Source of the DNA: an uncultured Planctomycetota bacterium
GTDB taxonomy: Bacteria; Planctomycetota; Planctomycetia; Isosphaerales; Isosphaeraceae
Assembly (NCBI GenBank): GCA_963845755.1
Contig: CAWJTV010000044.1
Coordinates: 32,001 to 96,000 of the forward strand
Direction: 5' to 3'
DNA length: 64,000 nucleotides
Every line of letters begins with the position of its first letter. The stretch's first letter is position 1. Positions 51,889 through 62,197 of this stretch are shown piece after piece. Below the pieces are notes generated by a model. The model was not told the origin of the DNA. It did not search any database and saw only the letters and a program-made list of their open reading frames with translations. Made by a program: the position numbers and the translations under genes.

Positions 51889-53063
51889 CGGGCAGGTTCC
51901 GCGGCATCCGTCAGTCGTTTCACCAGGATGGTCGCATACGATCCTTTCGATAAGGCAAAGGACAGTCTCAACCCGCGGCGGTCGGGATGAAGTTCGTCCG
52001 CGACCGCCGAGAATTCCAGTTCTTCGGCGAAGAAGAGGCAAGGCCGCGCACCCTTCGAAAAAAAGATGTCCTTCTGGTGCTTGATCCGGAGGTCCGACCA
52101 GGCCAGCCCGAATCGTTGGAGCACGTCGTCAACGATCGCGCCGAGCCGGCCCTCGGGAAGCGGCGTTCGCGCGGAGGGAAGCGGCAGCATCGTCCGGCTC
52201 AATTCTCGCACTTGCTCCGGTTCCATCCGTCGAGGAAACGGGAAGGTCCCGAGCTTGAGGGCGACCGGAACGAGGGAATCGGCGCCGGCGCATGATTCGA
52301 GCCAGCGTGCTAGCACCAGGTTCCACAGGTGGCTCTGGAATGCCGAGAAATAAAGCGTTCGCAACTCGCGGCGCAGGCGGACAAAGGCACCACGGTAGTC
52401 CGTCGGATGGTCGACCAGGTAGGTCACGATGCTGCGGGTTGACGAGCGCGGAAGTAACGCCTTCGCCTCCGCCCAGTGCCCCCAGTGAGCGCGGAGTATG
52501 GCCTTCTGCGACTTGATCGCCGAGCGGTCGAATGGGTTCGGTTCGGCCAGGGCGAGCCGCAACGCTCTTTCGTGTCCGGCCAGCAGCCAGGCCTGGGCTA
52601 CGAAGTCACCGGATTGGCCCACAGACCCGAACCGTTGATCGTCGAAGTAGTTTGGAAGCCCCACCTTCGGGATCGTCTCGATCTCCGCGACGGCCAGGTC
52701 CAGCTCGCCGTCGGTCAATCCTCTGAGGATCAGTTCGAACCGATTGCCACGCAGGTCCCTCGACGAGTATGCATGATCGAGGCGACCCACCGGTTCGAGG
52801 TCGAATTTCGTCGTGTTGATGGAGCGACTGGGCCCATCCGCGATGGTGAGATACTGGACGGTCCGCGCGTGCCGATCCTTCAAGCCCGCGTAGCTGACCC
52901 GTCGGCCGGAGAGGTTCCATCGCCGGCAAATGGCCTCGACCGCCTCGAGCGTGCCCAGGTCTCGCTTGGTGAGCCGATAATAGGTGTACCGTCCTCCTCC
53001 GCCCGGCCGGACCAGCGACAACTCCTCCACGCGAAAGTCTTCTGGCAAGCACTTCAGCTTCAT
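51885..53063 (-). CDS. truD: tRNA pseudouridine(13) synthase
   Basis: PEDFRVEE, YAGLKDRHARTVQ, GNRF, PNYFDDQRFG, SAFQSHLWN and F.LSKGSYAT. Confidence 0.95.
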   Translation of the reverse strand: MKLKCLPEDFRVEELSLVRPGGGGRYTYYRLTKRDLGTLEAVEAICRRWNLSGRRVSYAGLKDRHARTVQYLTIADGPSRSINTTKFDLEPVGRLDHAYSSRDLRGNRFELILRGLTDGELDLAVAEIETIPKVGLPNYFDDQRFGSVGQSGDFVAQAWLLAGHERALRLALAEPNPFDRSAIKSQKAILRAHWGHWAEAKALLPRSSTRSIVTYLVDHPTDYRGAFVRLRRELRTLYFSAFQSHLWNLVLARWLESCAGADSLVPVALKLGTFPFPRRMEPEQVRELSRTMLPLPSARTPLPEGRLGAIVDDVLQRFGLAWSDLRIKHQKDIFFSKGARPCLFFAEELEFSAVADELHPDRRGLRLSFALSKGSYATILVKRLTDAAEPAR

Positions 53064-53816
53064 GATCAGGACCGAGCCGGAAGGCCGATGGGCAGCCGTA
53101 TTCCACCGCGAATCCGGGCCGCCTGCCCGAGAGGGACCGCGGCCTCCTCATCAATGGTAACACGGTTGCGACATGGCCGGCCAGGCTCGGCACACACGGG
53201 AGACGATCCCGACTCCCCTCGCACTGGAGAACGCGACAAGTCAACTGCAGGAATTCAACGACTCCCGAGGCACATACCTCGGAGACCGTGCGGACTCGTT
53301 ACAGAAGCATGGCCCGAACATCCGATATCACAACCAATTACGACAAAGTCTCGATCCAGGCAGTCGATCCCTGCCGTCTGGATTCCAACGCCCCGCGAGA
53401 AAGAGTTCGCATTTTTTCCCGAATAACGTGGAAATGGGAGCCCAGGCTGTATACAAGTTACTGGCCTGTCGCGGGCTGCGCCCGATCGACCGAACCCGGA
53501 AGCCGATCGATCCCTGAATCGACTCCGCCAAAAAAAAGCCGCCCCTGAGCGATCCACGTCGATCGGAATGTCCAATGACCCGTGATGTTTGTGTACCGAT
53601 GTCTGAGCTCAACTGCTGCCTGAACCAGCCCCCTGGTCTTTCGGGCTCCTGCGATTCTTCAAACAACTGATCAGTCCGATGCGGCGGCAACGTGAGACGA
53701 ACACGCCAGCCTGAATGGACCCGTAGCGTTCGATCGACCCGGACCTCCCGATTGAGTCGACGAATCGACGCACGGCGAATTCCCGCCTCGATAGTATCTC
53801 AATCACAAGGTTGATC

Positions 53817-54698
53817 ATGGCGACAACGACGACTGCGCCGGCAGCGCCTTACAGACTGGCCTGGGGCCCGCTCATCTGGATCGGGGGCCTGCACCTTGGT
53901 GCAGCCCTGGGATTCTATTGGGGGTTTTTCTCCTGGTCCGGTCTGGCGCTCTGTCTCTTCTTGCATTGGCTGACGGGCGGTATCGGGATCTGCCTGTGCT
54001 ATCACCGCCTCTTGACCCATCGAAGCTTCGCGTTACGGCCGGCCTGGCTCGAATACGTATTGACCGTCGTGGGGACCTGTGCGTCGGAAGGAGGCCCGAT
54101 TGGCTGGGTGGCCGACCACCGGCGTCACCATGCCCACTCCGATGACGAAGACGATACGCACACCCCGAACGAGGGCTTCGCCTGGGCGCATATGGGCTGG
54201 TGGATGAAGGTCGAGGAGTCCTCGGAGCATTCTCCGGAGTATTACGAGAAATGGGCACCTGATCTCTATCGGGATCCGGTCCATCGTTGGCTAGAGCGTT
54301 ACCATCTCCTATTCCCGATAATGCTCTTCGCGGCCCTGTACGCCGCGGGTGGGATGAAGTGGCTGGTCTGGGGGGGGTTCGTGCGGTCGGTCCTCGTGCT
54401 GCATTCGACGTGGCTGGTGAACTCGGCGAGCCACATCTGGGGATATCGCTCGCATGTGACTCGGGACAACTCGACGAACCTCTGGTGGGTCGCGCTGCTG
54501 ACCTACGGCGAAGGCTGGCACAACAATCACCACGCCTATCAGACGTCCGCGCGACATGGCCTGAGATGGTGGGAAGTTGACGCAACTTATATCACGATCT
54601 GGATGATGAAAGTGTGCCGCATCGCGTACAACATCCGGCTGCCCAGGATCCGCACTGCGGATGTGCCCAACATGGCCTCGGCCGGTTCGGCGAGCTGA
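53817..54698 (+). CDS. Membrane acyl-CoA/acyl-lipid (delta-9 type) desaturase
   Basis: His boxes HRLLTH, HRRHH and GEGWHNNHH. Confidence 0.93.
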   Translation: MATTTTAPAAPYRLAWGPLIWIGGLHLGAALGFYWGFFSWSGLALCLFLHWLTGGIGICLCYHRLLTHRSFALRPAWLEYVLTVVGTCASEGGPIGWVADHRRHHAHSDDEDDTHTPNEGFAWAHMGWWMKVEESSEHSPEYYEKWAPDLYRDPVHRWLERYHLLFPIMLFAALYAAGGMKWLVWGGFVRSVLVLHSTWLVNSASHIWGYRSHVTRDNSTNLWWVALLTYGEGWHNNHHAYQTSARHGLRWWEVDATYITIWMMKVCRIAYNIRLPRIRTADVPNMASAGSAS

Positions 54699-54768
54699 TT
54701 GCCGGAGCCCGGTTACCGTCTCTTGCCTTCGCAGCGGTGAACGGCGAAGATGGGGGAGCCTCGACACA

Positions 54769-55197
54769 GCGGCCCTAGCTCAACGGCAGAGCAGGGGACT
54801 CATCACGACAAAAGGTGGCAGCGGAGGGTAACCTTCGATTGCGAACCGGGTGAATTGCGGGAAACCTAAACTTCGATCGATTCCGATGGGCCCGGGTCTG
54901 TCATTCCGAATTCGGATGGGCCTGAGCGATCGGTGAACGAACTGGGGCAGGGCAATCCGCAGCCAAGCCTGGCCGGGCATCGGTGGCCAGGACGGTTCAG
55001 AGACTAGCGGGGTGAGTCCCAACAATAATCCCCGCCGACGAGCGCCCGGCCTCCTCGCGAATCGCCAACGGCCTCGGAGCGTCAGCGACGCCTCGAAGTC
55101 AGCCGCGATCGCCGAGGAGGATGAGATAGTCCAAGCCTCGTGGAAACACGAGGGCACTTGAATCCCTTGGTTGCAGGTTCGAATCCTGCGGGCCGCA
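54769..55197 (+). tRNA. tRNA-Ile2(CAT), split by an intron (exons 54769-54803 and 55161-55197)
   Basis: Spliced sequence GCGGCCCTAGCTCAACGGCAGAGCAGGGGACTCAT|AATCCCTTGGTTGCAGGTTCGAATCCTGCGGGCCGCA. Paired 1-72 and a GGGGA/TCCCT anticodon stem fit Ile2 or elongator Met rather than fMet. Confidence 0.9.
54804..55160 (+). ncRNA. Group I self-splicing intron (357 nt, no ORF)
   Basis: Follows exon U and ends in G. Core elements: P GAATTGCGGGAAAC, Q GGCAATCCGCAGC, R GTTCAGAGACTA, S GATGAGATAGTCC; GGTG near the 5' end can pair with CAUC as the IGS. Confidence 0.92.
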
Positions 55198-55262
55198 TGG
55201 ATCGGATTGTTGTTCTCGTTCCTGAGCCCCTCTGCCGATCGTGACCTTTCAGGGCCTTCGCG

Positions 55263-57554
55263 ATGGCCCCTGCCGAGCACGACACGTCACAGCCGACAGA
55301 CACCGCGGTGGAAATACCTACCACGCAGCCTCGACGATCCTTCCGGATCTACCGCATCGGGAAGGCGGTGGGACCGACCCTGATCGTCACGCTCTGTCTG
55401 CTCCACAGTCTGGCGATCTGGACGGGTCTGGGTGGAATTACTGGTCTGACCAATGGTTGGCCGCTGTGGCGTGACGACCATCCGCTTTACTTCCACAGTG
55501 CCCTGGTCACTCGTGACTTCTTGAGGGACTCGTACACCACGGCCGGCTACGACGCCAGCTTCATGTCGGGTTATGCCAAGAGCGTCGTGTTCCCCGCCTC
55601 CTCCACCGTTCCCGAGCTAGTCGTCGCGCTCTTCGGTGGCACTCATCCCGAGTTCGCATACAAGGTGTATGTGCTGATCTCGGCCGCGGCAGTGCCCTGG
55701 CTGATCGCGCTGGCCTGCGTCCTCTGGCACGTCCGGCATGCATCGACAGTGACCGCCGTCTCGTTGGTCCTTATGTATCTCTGGACGGATTTCCCCATAA
55801 GTTATGTTACCTTCGGAATGCTCCCTTACTTCCTGGGAATCCCCGTTGGATTGGTCGCAATCGGGAGCTTCACGCGTTACTTGAGGCTTGGGGGATGGGG
55901 CAACTGGTTGCTGGCCGCCAGCCTCATGAGCCTGGCTGTCCTCGTCCACCTGACGACCGCGATGGTCATCGCGCCTGCGGCCCTGCTTGCCTATCTCGTC
56001 GGATGCATGAGACCGGGATCGATTGCGCCCGAGGGCCTGCTGGAGTCTGGACCCGCGGGGACCGTCTCGGAGCCGGGTTTCCCAGGGCGCTGGAGCTGGA
56101 CGCGCCATCTGGGAGTCTGGCTGATTCCGGCTTGCGTGCTGGCCCTCAACGCATTCTGGTGGGTACCCGGCATCTGGTTGTCGTCCACGAAGGGACCCAG
56201 CGATTTTGCCTTCCACCATCCGGAAGGCGTGCTCGGCCGCCTGGCTCAGATCATCGTCGGGCCCGAGGCACCCATCCAGAGCATCCTGCTGGCCCTGGGC
56301 CTGCCGGGGCTGGCCTGGATGGTTCGCCGGCAACGAATCGAGGGTGTCGCGTTGCTGGGGTTCTGCGCCGCGGGCCTGTTCTGGGGTTACCTGGCCGGCT
56401 TCCTCCGCCGTCTCGACTTCTTGCAGCCAGGGCGACATACCTACGCGCTCTACACCGGGCTGGCCATCGCAGGTGCCCTGGGACTCGAGGAACTGGCGCG
56501 GCGACTTCGCATGACGGCTCGGAGCCGCGACCAATTCCATCGCTGGGTGATGCTAGGAGTGGTCGTGATCGCCGTGCGAATGGTCGGCACTCCCATGTTC
56601 GACGCGATCCGATCCCTCAGATCCGCCGGAGAGCCCTTCCTGTCGAGTCGGCCGTCTCCGCGGTTGCTGTGGGTCCTCAAGCACGTTCGCCGCCATGTCC
56701 AGCCCGGCGAGCGCCTGCTCTACGAGGAAGGGGGTAAGGATCTACCCGGCATTCCCGATCCCTTCCATCACGGACGATTCAGCGGCCTCCTCCCCCAGCG
56801 CACCAGCATCGAACTTCTCGGCGGTCCCTATTTGCACGCCTCACTGACGACGAACTTCACCCAGTTTGGCGAGGGCAAACTTTTCGGGCGACCAGGCTGG
56901 TACCAAGTCTTATGCGAAGACCTGTCGAAGATCGACCTGGCCCTGGCGGAGAAAGTGTTTGGATGGGAGGACCGCTCCCGACTGGAACAGCTCCGCGACA
57001 AACGCACCGCGATGGCGCCTACCATGCTCGCCCGATGGGAGGGGCTGGACGGGTTCCTGGACAAGTTGCGGAGGCTCGACCCCACAGTGGCGGCGAAGAT
57101 CTTCGGCCGGAGCGGGTGGGACCGCGATTTCTTCGTGCGATATGCCAGGATCTATCGCCCGTCGGCGATCTTGTGCTGGAGTCCGGACGCACGCTGGTTC
57201 TGCCGGAATAACCCCGATCTGATCCGGATTCTCGAAGATGACGGAACGCTCCTGCTCGGCCAGGTGATCGGCTTCGGCGGCGACACGATCCGGGGCCAGG
57301 CAAAGGTCGAGGCAGGATCGGGTCGGATTCGGGTCCGGGACCTTTCTCCCGGACTTGACGGATCCGTCGTGCTGCGGTATCACTTCGTGCCGTGTCTGAC
57401 GACCAGACCGCCGGTCGCATGCGAGCCGGAGTACCTCGAGGAGGATCCGGTCCCTTTCATCCGCCTGCGACCGCCACCCGGAATACGCGACGTCGAGCTC
57501 GAGCTGGCTCTCCCCGGCCGGGATAAGTCCGCCGGGACTCCGCTCGACCGATGA
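55263..57554 (+). CDS. Large multi-pass membrane protein (GT-C-like)
   Basis: DDHPLY, GYDASFMSGY, about 12 TM helices and a soluble C-terminal domain. Confidence 0.7.
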   Translation: MAPAEHDTSQPTDTAVEIPTTQPRRSFRIYRIGKAVGPTLIVTLCLLHSLAIWTGLGGITGLTNGWPLWRDDHPLYFHSALVTRDFLRDSYTTAGYDASFMSGYAKSVVFPASSTVPELVVALFGGTHPEFAYKVYVLISAAAVPWLIALACVLWHVRHASTVTAVSLVLMYLWTDFPISYVTFGMLPYFLGIPVGLVAIGSFTRYLRLGGWGNWLLAASLMSLAVLVHLTTAMVIAPAALLAYLVGCMRPGSIAPEGLLESGPAGTVSEPGFPGRWSWTRHLGVWLIPACVLALNAFWWVPGIWLSSTKGPSDFAFHHPEGVLGRLAQIIVGPEAPIQSILLALGLPGLAWMVRRQRIEGVALLGFCAAGLFWGYLAGFLRRLDFLQPGRHTYALYTGLAIAGALGLEELARRLRMTARSRDQFHRWVMLGVVVIAVRMVGTPMFDAIRSLRSAGEPFLSSRPSPRLLWVLKHVRRHVQPGERLLYEEGGKDLPGIPDPFHHGRFSGLLPQRTSIELLGGPYLHASLTTNFTQFGEGKLFGRPGWYQVLCEDLSKIDLALAEKVFGWEDRSRLEQLRDKRTAMAPTMLARWEGLDGFLDKLRRLDPTVAAKIFGRSGWDRDFFVRYARIYRPSAILCWSPDARWFCRNNPDLIRILEDDGTLLLGQVIGFGGDTIRGQAKVEAGSGRIRVRDLSPGLDGSVVLRYHFVPCLTTRPPVACEPEYLEEDPVPFIRLRPPPGIRDVELELALPGRDKSAGTPLDR

Positions 57555-57621
57555 TCGGGACGCGCACTTCGCACGCCGACGAATTGTGTAAGCGTGGCCG
57601 TCTCCAGGGAAGGGGTATGCC

Positions 57622-59022
57622 GTGCCAGCGATGGATGCCGGACTGACCGAGCAAGTTCGCCGCGACCAACTCTCGCGCTGGGTCTTCTGGTCGCTCTGGG
57701 CGACGATCATCTTGATCGCCGCGGCGTTCTATTACGAGAAAGCCGCGGACCACAAGAGTGCCTTCGTGCGCTGGAGGCCCCAGGTCCTGCAGTTCTGGCA
57801 CGGGGTGAACATCTACGACAAGATGCTCTTCCCCAACCCGCCCATGATGCCGATCTCGCTCTATCCGCTGATGACGCTCCCGACCGTCGCGGGTGCGATG
57901 TGCTGGTTCGCGATCAAGGTCGCCATGACGACCCTCGCGCTGATCATGTGTTTTCGGATCGCGCAGCCGACCGAACGCACGCTGCCCCCCATGTTCCGAT
58001 CTCTCGTCTTACTCCTGAGCCTTCGCCCGATCCTTGGCGACCTCCACCACGGCAATAATAACCTGCTCATCCTGTTCCTGATCGTCTCGATGCTCTACGC
58101 CTGGCGGAGCGGCTATGACATCGTGGCCGGCCTCCTCCTGGCCCTGGCGACCACCTACAAGGTGACGCCGGCCCTGTTCTTCGTCTACTTCGCCTACAAG
58201 CGCTCCTGGCGGACCGTCTTCTGGGGATTGCTGGGGATGGGCTGCTTCCTCATCATTATCCCCAGCCTAATCGTCGGTACCGAGTTCAATGGCGAGTGCC
58301 TGGGCATGTGGTGGCACAGGATGGTCGCTCCCTATGTCGTCAAGGGCGCCGCAAGCCCCGTTTTCATCAACCAATCCCTCGTCGGCGTGATCTACCGCCT
58401 GTTCACGGATCGAATGCCCGGATCGGGGCACTACGTGATGGATAGGGATATAAACATAGTATCACTAAGTCCATGGATCGTCAAGCAACTGATCAAGGCG
58501 ATCATCCTGCTGCTCCTCGGCCTGCTCGCGTTCCTTTGCCGGACGAAGACGACGGATCGGCGGGATCCGCGCCTGCTCGGCGAGTTCGCGCTGGTTGTTC
58601 TGACGATGCTTTTCGTGTCGGAACGAAGCTGGAAACATCATTATGTGACGGTCCTCCTGCCGATCACTTACCTGGTTGCGGAATTCTTCTCGCCGCGACT
58701 GGGGCGGAGAGGCCGAACGGCGATCATCCTGGCCTGGGCGGTTTCCTTCGGCCTGATGGCGTCCACCTCGCCCGAGATCGGGGGCATTTTCGCCGATGGC
58801 GAGGGTCACGAGATCGCCCAGGGATATGGACTGTTCATGTGGGCCGGGGTGGTCCTCTATGCGACCGTCGGCTGGCGGGTCTGGGCCCGCCGTCGCGAAC
58901 CGTCGCCGGATCTCCGATCTTGCGACCACCGCGGCGATCGGCTCCCACCCACACGGTGGGACCCTCCGGAGCGACTCGCGACGGGCCGGCCGTCGGCCCG
59001 GAGGATTTTCCTTGGTCGTTGA
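57622..59022 (+). CDS. Glycosyltransferase family 87 (DUF2029) membrane protein
   Basis: FPNPP, DLHHGNNN, KVTPALF, NQSL and SWKHHYV. Confidence 0.85.
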   Translation: MPAMDAGLTEQVRRDQLSRWVFWSLWATIILIAAAFYYEKAADHKSAFVRWRPQVLQFWHGVNIYDKMLFPNPPMMPISLYPLMTLPTVAGAMCWFAIKVAMTTLALIMCFRIAQPTERTLPPMFRSLVLLLSLRPILGDLHHGNNNLLILFLIVSMLYAWRSGYDIVAGLLLALATTYKVTPALFFVYFAYKRSWRTVFWGLLGMGCFLIIIPSLIVGTEFNGECLGMWWHRMVAPYVVKGAASPVFINQSLVGVIYRLFTDRMPGSGHYVMDRDINIVSLSPWIVKQLIKAIILLLLGLLAFLCRTKTTDRRDPRLLGEFALVVLTMLFVSERSWKHHYVTVLLPITYLVAEFFSPRLGRRGRTAIILAWAVSFGLMASTSPEIGGIFADGEGHEIAQGYGLFMWAGVVLYATVGWRVWARRREPSPDLRSCDHRGDRLPPTRWDPPERLATGRPSARRIFLGR

Positions 59023-59313
59023 ATGACTCTAGTCAGGGGGAGACCGGCTCCAAGCCTTCGGGATACCTGTCTCCCCTGGGAAACAGCCCCTGATCGGCGG
59101 CGAGGTCGGGTTTCGGCGTGCCGCCGTCCTCGTCATCCCGCTCGGCAAATCCATCAGACTCTGTCGCATCACGTCGCGGTTTTTCGATCAATCTCCCATA
59201 CAACCGGAGTCCCGGAGACCAGGAAGGTTGCCGGGCGGGACCGTCGTGGTCCGGCTGGTTTCACCTCGGCTGATTCCTCACTTCCCAGTCTGGTCGAAGG
59301 CCAAGGAGGGCCT

Positions 59314-60333
59314 ATGTTCACGTCAAAGGACTTACCTCGTGTGCGCCGTGGCAGGTGCCTTGCGCCTGATGTGCTGGAACCGCGTATGGTCTTGAGCTCC
59401 GGCCAGGGGAGCACTTTTGCCATCATGCCGGGCTCTATCGACTCCGCCGGCCAGGTCTCCTCGGTCCCGTTCACCATCGACCCTTCCTTGTTTACCCCGG
59501 CCTCCGGCATGCACGGCAAGATGATGATCGGAATCGATGTCACGCCCGCCACGGCGTCGACCACGACTTCGGGCACGGCCGCGCCGATCACGCTGCGGCC
59601 CGACGTCGTTTCGGTCACGAGCTCCACTGGCCAGGTGATCAAGGTCGATCACACGCATTATTATCCGAAGATCGCGAAGGCCAATCATCTCGGGCATACG
59701 CCCACATCGGCGGTCCTCCTGACGATGAAGGTGCCGGCCACGGGCGATGCCCCGGTGGGCTACTCGGTCCAGATCAAGGGGATGGATCATACGACCGGGA
59801 AATACCTGCTCGGCTTCTACCTCCCCGGCGACGCCAACGGAGACGGCACGGTCAACAGCACGGACATCACCACGATCAAGTCGCTCAAGGGCGACGCCGC
59901 GACAAGCTCCAACTACAATTTCGACGCAGATGTCAACCGCGACGGTATCATCAACAAGAAAGACGTCAATCTGGCCGAAGAGAACCTCGGTGCCTCGACG
60001 AAGGTCAGCCCGGTGGTCTCGGTGAATCTCGACCCGGCTTCGGACCCGAGCCTGGATCGGACGACGCCCTACAGTACGGTCCACTTCGCGGGCGAGATGA
60101 CGCCCGGCGCCACGATTACGTACGCGAACAACCAGAATAACGGGGCGGCGACCACGGCCACGGCCGACTCGACCGGTGCCTATAGCATCATGGTGCCGCT
60201 CGTCTCGGGCTCGAACACGTTCAGCGTCACAACAAACGACGGATTCGGCCAATCGATCTCCGGACAAATCTCGCCGGTGGTCTATGACCCGAACTCGACC
60301 ACGACGAGCCCTAGCAGCACATCCTCGTCGTAG
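59314..60333 (+). CDS. Planctomycete extracellular protein with dockerin type I domain
   Basis: LEPRMVLS motif; GDANGDGTVNSTD and ADVNRDGIINKKD; GGAGG RBS. Confidence 0.85.
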   Translation: MFTSKDLPRVRRGRCLAPDVLEPRMVLSSGQGSTFAIMPGSIDSAGQVSSVPFTIDPSLFTPASGMHGKMMIGIDVTPATASTTTSGTAAPITLRPDVVSVTSSTGQVIKVDHTHYYPKIAKANHLGHTPTSAVLLTMKVPATGDAPVGYSVQIKGMDHTTGKYLLGFYLPGDANGDGTVNSTDITTIKSLKGDAATSSNYNFDADVNRDGIINKKDVNLAEENLGASTKVSPVVSVNLDPASDPSLDRTTPYSTVHFAGEMTPGATITYANNQNNGAATTATADSTGAYSIMVPLVSGSNTFSVTTNDGFGQSISGQISPVVYDPNSTTTSPSSTSSS

Positions 60334-60446
60334 ACGAATTCGAGCTTGAGAACGACGGATCGACCGCGGCCGGATCCTCGTCGTTCCGGGCCGGCCGCGA
60401 TCAGGAATCCTGCGGTCGGAGAGAGCGGGCTGACGAGACGAATTCA

Positions 60447-61610
60447 TCAGCCCGCCCTCTCTTGACTCCCAGGGGCCTCTCCTTCTGCGTAAGCGTTACG
60501 GACCGAATCGCGGACGATCGGGTCCGCGTCGTTTCGGTGTCGATCGAGGGCCGCCAAGGCCTCGTCCCCCGCGATCCGGGCCAGGGCCCAGGCCGCCGAG
60601 GCCCGGACGATCGGATCTTCGCCCGGGTCGTCGAGCCTGGCGACCAGTGGCGCGACCGCCTCGGGTCGGCGCCGGGTTCCCAGAACCAGAGCCGCATTGC
60701 GCAACAATCCCACGCGCTTCGTCCGCGATAGGGCCGTCCCTTTGAGCTTCGCTCGCAATTCCGCAGGCTCTCGGCCCAGCCACTCGATGAGATCCGGATC
60801 GACCCACTCCGACCGGGCCTCGAACTCGCTTGACCGCCCCGAAGGAGCCTTCCGATTCCAGGGACACACGTCCTGGCAGACGTCGCAACCGAAGACCCAG
60901 CCGTCGAGCCGCTCGGCATCGGCGTCGGCGAGCATCCCGCGATGCTCGATGGTCCAGTAGCTGATGCATCGCCGCGCATCAAGTTGATACGGGCCAGCGA
61001 ACGCATCGGTCGGGCAAGCGTCGAGGCATCGGGTACAAGTTCCGCAATGGTTCGCCTCGTGGGTCACATCGTACGCCAGCTCGACGTCGGTGAGCAGGGC
61101 GCCCAGGAATGTGAAGCTCCCGAGTCGCCGGCTGATCAGCATGGTGTTCTTACCGATCCAGCCGAGCCCGGCCAGCCGGGCGTAGTCCCGTTCGAGAAGC
61201 GGGGCCGTATCGGACACGGCGCGTCCCCCCGCGTCGGGCCGTTCTGATCGCAGCCAGTCGAGGAGCGACCCCAGCTTCTCCCACAGGACCTGGTGGTAAT
61301 CGGCCCCCCGCGCATAACGCGCCACTTTCCCCTGCGTGGGGCGCGGAGCCTCCTTATCCTGACCCCGGAAGGCCTCCTTCGACCCATAGACCAGGCTAAC
61401 CATGACGATCGACCGGACCCCTTCCAGCAACGAATCCGGATGCGACCGATTCGGCTCCTGGCGTCTCAGGTACGCCATCCCGGCGTCATGGCCTGCATCC
61501 AGCCAGCGGAGAAAGTCCGGGTACCCGGGCGCCACGACGGCCGGGGCGATACCGACATCGTCGAATCCCAGGGCGCAGGGCTTCGGCCTTGAGGCGAGCG
61601 CTCAGGTCCT
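60447..61610 (-). CDS. queG: Epoxyqueuosine reductase (frameshift near 61575; start approximate)
   Basis: GKVARYARGADYH, DTAPLLER, GWIGKN, CGTCTRCLDACPT, CISYWTIE and GCDVCQDVCPWN. Confidence 0.93.
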
Positions 61611-62017
61611 GACAGGTCGGGGATATAGGAGAAGGGGAGTCTGGCACGAGGATGGCCTGGACGAAAGTCCGTTGGCGGCATGAGGACCGATGGAGAGGAT
61701 CGCGCTGCGTGTCGGAAAAACGCGGCCTCCATTGGGGTCAAACATCCGACCCCAGACGATGTCCCCAGATTGCATGGGCCTCACTCGCAGGCTTTCGCAC
61801 GTTCATCCCGACCGTTGGCGGTTCAGAAGCCCTCGAAGTCCTCGTCCCACCACTTCTGTGGCGGAGGAAATCATCTGGCCAGTTCAATGAGGGTCTCGGC
61901 TGAAAGCCCGATTCGCTCGAATTCGCGGATGTCTCTCATCTCCGCGACCCGGTCAATGGGCGGCACGACCTCCTGGAGTTCGGAACAACCTTCAGGATGG
62001 TCGGTAGCCTCACCCAT
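61602..62017 (-). pseudogene. Possible decayed toxin-antitoxin pair (small acidic protein plus PemK/MazF-like fragment)
   Basis: 62017-61823 reads MGEATD...LIELAR*FPPPQKWWDEDFEGF (GGAG RBS, internal TGA); from 61775, MQSGDIVWGRMFDPNGG resembles a PemK/MazF N-terminus and then degenerates. Confidence 0.35.
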
Positions 62018-62197
62018 CTCCTAGTCCTGCCAAAAAGTCCTCGTGGATTTGAGCAGACAGCGTGAATCCCGGTATAGTACCCCGAAGGAAGTTGTGCAGT
62101 CCACGCGCGCGAAAATCGCCTCTGACACCAACCTTATCTATTGACGCAACATTATCGCACACTTGGTGGGCGTCTCGCGCTTCAGGTTTGATCGGGT

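Noticed and set aside
54780..55280. 166-aa minus-strand ORF as an intron homing endonuclease
   Set aside because: It is antisense to the tRNA and intron and has no LAGLIDADG, HNH or GIY-YIG motif.
61823..62017. Selenocysteine or recoded TGA
   Set aside because: No evident SECIS hairpin or redox-motif context; mutation or sequencing error is more likely.
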